From: Veleropilina oligotropha
Lineage: Eukaryota
Assembly (NCBI GenBank): GCA_048128005.1
Contig: JBEUKZ010000054.1
Coordinates: 1-64,000, forward strand
Length of the DNA: 64,000 nucleotides
Direction of reading: 5' to 3'
In this document: one piece after another, positions 62,781 to 64,000 of the stretch
Layout of the letters: each line of letters opens with the position of its first letter
Position numbering within the stretch: the first letter of the stretch is position 1
Position numbers and translations under genes: made by a program
Notes under the pieces: model-generated
Seen by the model: the letters and a program-made list of their open reading frames with translations, nothing else
Told to the model about the DNA's origin: nothing
The model's database searches: none

Positions 62781-63447
62781 ATATAAGGCATGAAAGCAAG
62801 ATATTCCATCTAAGTATATAAGGCATTGTGATGTGGTATTCAATCCATATACAGAGCATTGTTGCAAGGTATTCAATCCATATATAGGATATTGTAACAT
62901 ATATTGTTCAATCTATATTTAAGGCATTATAACAAGGCATAGCTGATATCATATGCATAGAAATTTATGAGAAAATGTACTACGTACTAAAACTCTCAAT
63001 GTAACTATGAGCAAGAGGATCCAGGCAGAGCATATGTACATCATCTCCCCTTGACTCCAAGTACTTTTTGTTTATATTGAAGTTTATTTGGCTATAATTT
63101 TGTTTGACACGATGTAGGGTAAAATCTAGACGTCCATTATTATCATGCAGAGAAAGCCCTGCCCACTTATGGACCACTATGACTGTTATGTCGGTCACGT
63201 CTTCGCCGACTGAACGGAGCCCTCATTTGCACCGTTATTATGAGTGAATTGGAAGCAAATTGTTTAGTTTTATGCCCACATTTTAGCAATTTTTCAGTTA
63301 TATTGTGTGCTAACCCAAGGCTGAAGTGTAATGTCTATATCCGCCTATTGATGCTGTGTTCAATTGAGAAGACATACAATAATTCATACATGATAAAAAT
63401 TCAAATATTCGGGATCAAATATTGTCTTTGGCTTCGAGGTCCAGCAA

Positions 63448-64000
63448 AATAAACACTCGTGCGCTCCACCACCTACATGTGAGGCAATCAATCGGCGGTC
63501 ATATTAGTGTCTTATATAGGATCTAATAAACACTCGTGCGCACCACCACCTACATGTGAGGCAATCACTGGGCGATCATATTAGTGTCTTATATAGGATC
63601 TAATGAACACTCGTGCACGCCACCACCTACATGTGAGGCAATCAATGGGCGGTCATATTAGTGTCTTATATAGGATCTAATGAACACTCGTGCGCTCCAC
63701 CACCTACATGTGAGGCAATCAATGGGCGATCATATTAGTGTCTTATATAGGATCTAATGAACACTCGTGCGCTCCACCACCTACATGTGAGGCAATCAAT
63801 GGGCGATCATATTAGTGTCTTATATAGGATCTAATGAACACTCGTGCGCACCACCACCTACATGTGAGGCAATCACTGGGCGATCATATTAGTGTCTTAT
63901 ATAGGATCTAATGAACACTCGTGCGCACCACCACCTACATGTGAGGCAATCAATGGGATATCATATTAGTGTCTTATATAGGATCTAATGAACACTCGTG
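63448..64000. repeat. 77-bp tandem repeat, ~7 copies, runs off the window
   Basis: Unit starts at 63448, 63525, 63602 and so on. Copies are contiguous with no spacers. Confidence 0.97.

Noticed and set aside
63448..64000. CRISPR-like periodic array
   Set aside because: The entire 77-bp unit is repeated with only point variants, so there are no spacers.

Overview
AT-rich eukaryotic (animal, probably marine invertebrate) genomic DNA dominated by nested transposable elements and tandem repeats. There is no prokaryotic operon or CRISPR structure. One host gene is recognisable on the + strand although the ORF track largely misses it: HAUS1 (augmin subunit 1), with exons at 28060-28080, 30598-30772 and 49466-49598. 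The later exons were not found in the window. Its introns are hugely expanded by repeats. A 21 x 41-bp minisatellite is a tandem amplification of the exon-2 3' end plus its splice donor. Intron 2 also holds a 19-bp satellite split by an 8.46-kb CCC-ended TIR element. Intron 3 holds a donor-seeded ~31-bp minisatellite and a nest of Helentron-like element > TA-TSD TIR element > near-intact 7.46-kb DIRS1 tyrosine-recombinase retrotransposon (gag-like, RT/RNase H/Dam-like methyltransferase, YR, ITRs, ICR). Upstream lie decayed relics: a PHD+endonuclease LINE, an IS3EU-type DDE transposase split by a SINE with a 12-bp TSD, a Harbinger fragment, and an Academ element with both TIRs that contains a five-MITE pile-up and a CR1 3' end. 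Family assignments come from motif recall, not from database searches.
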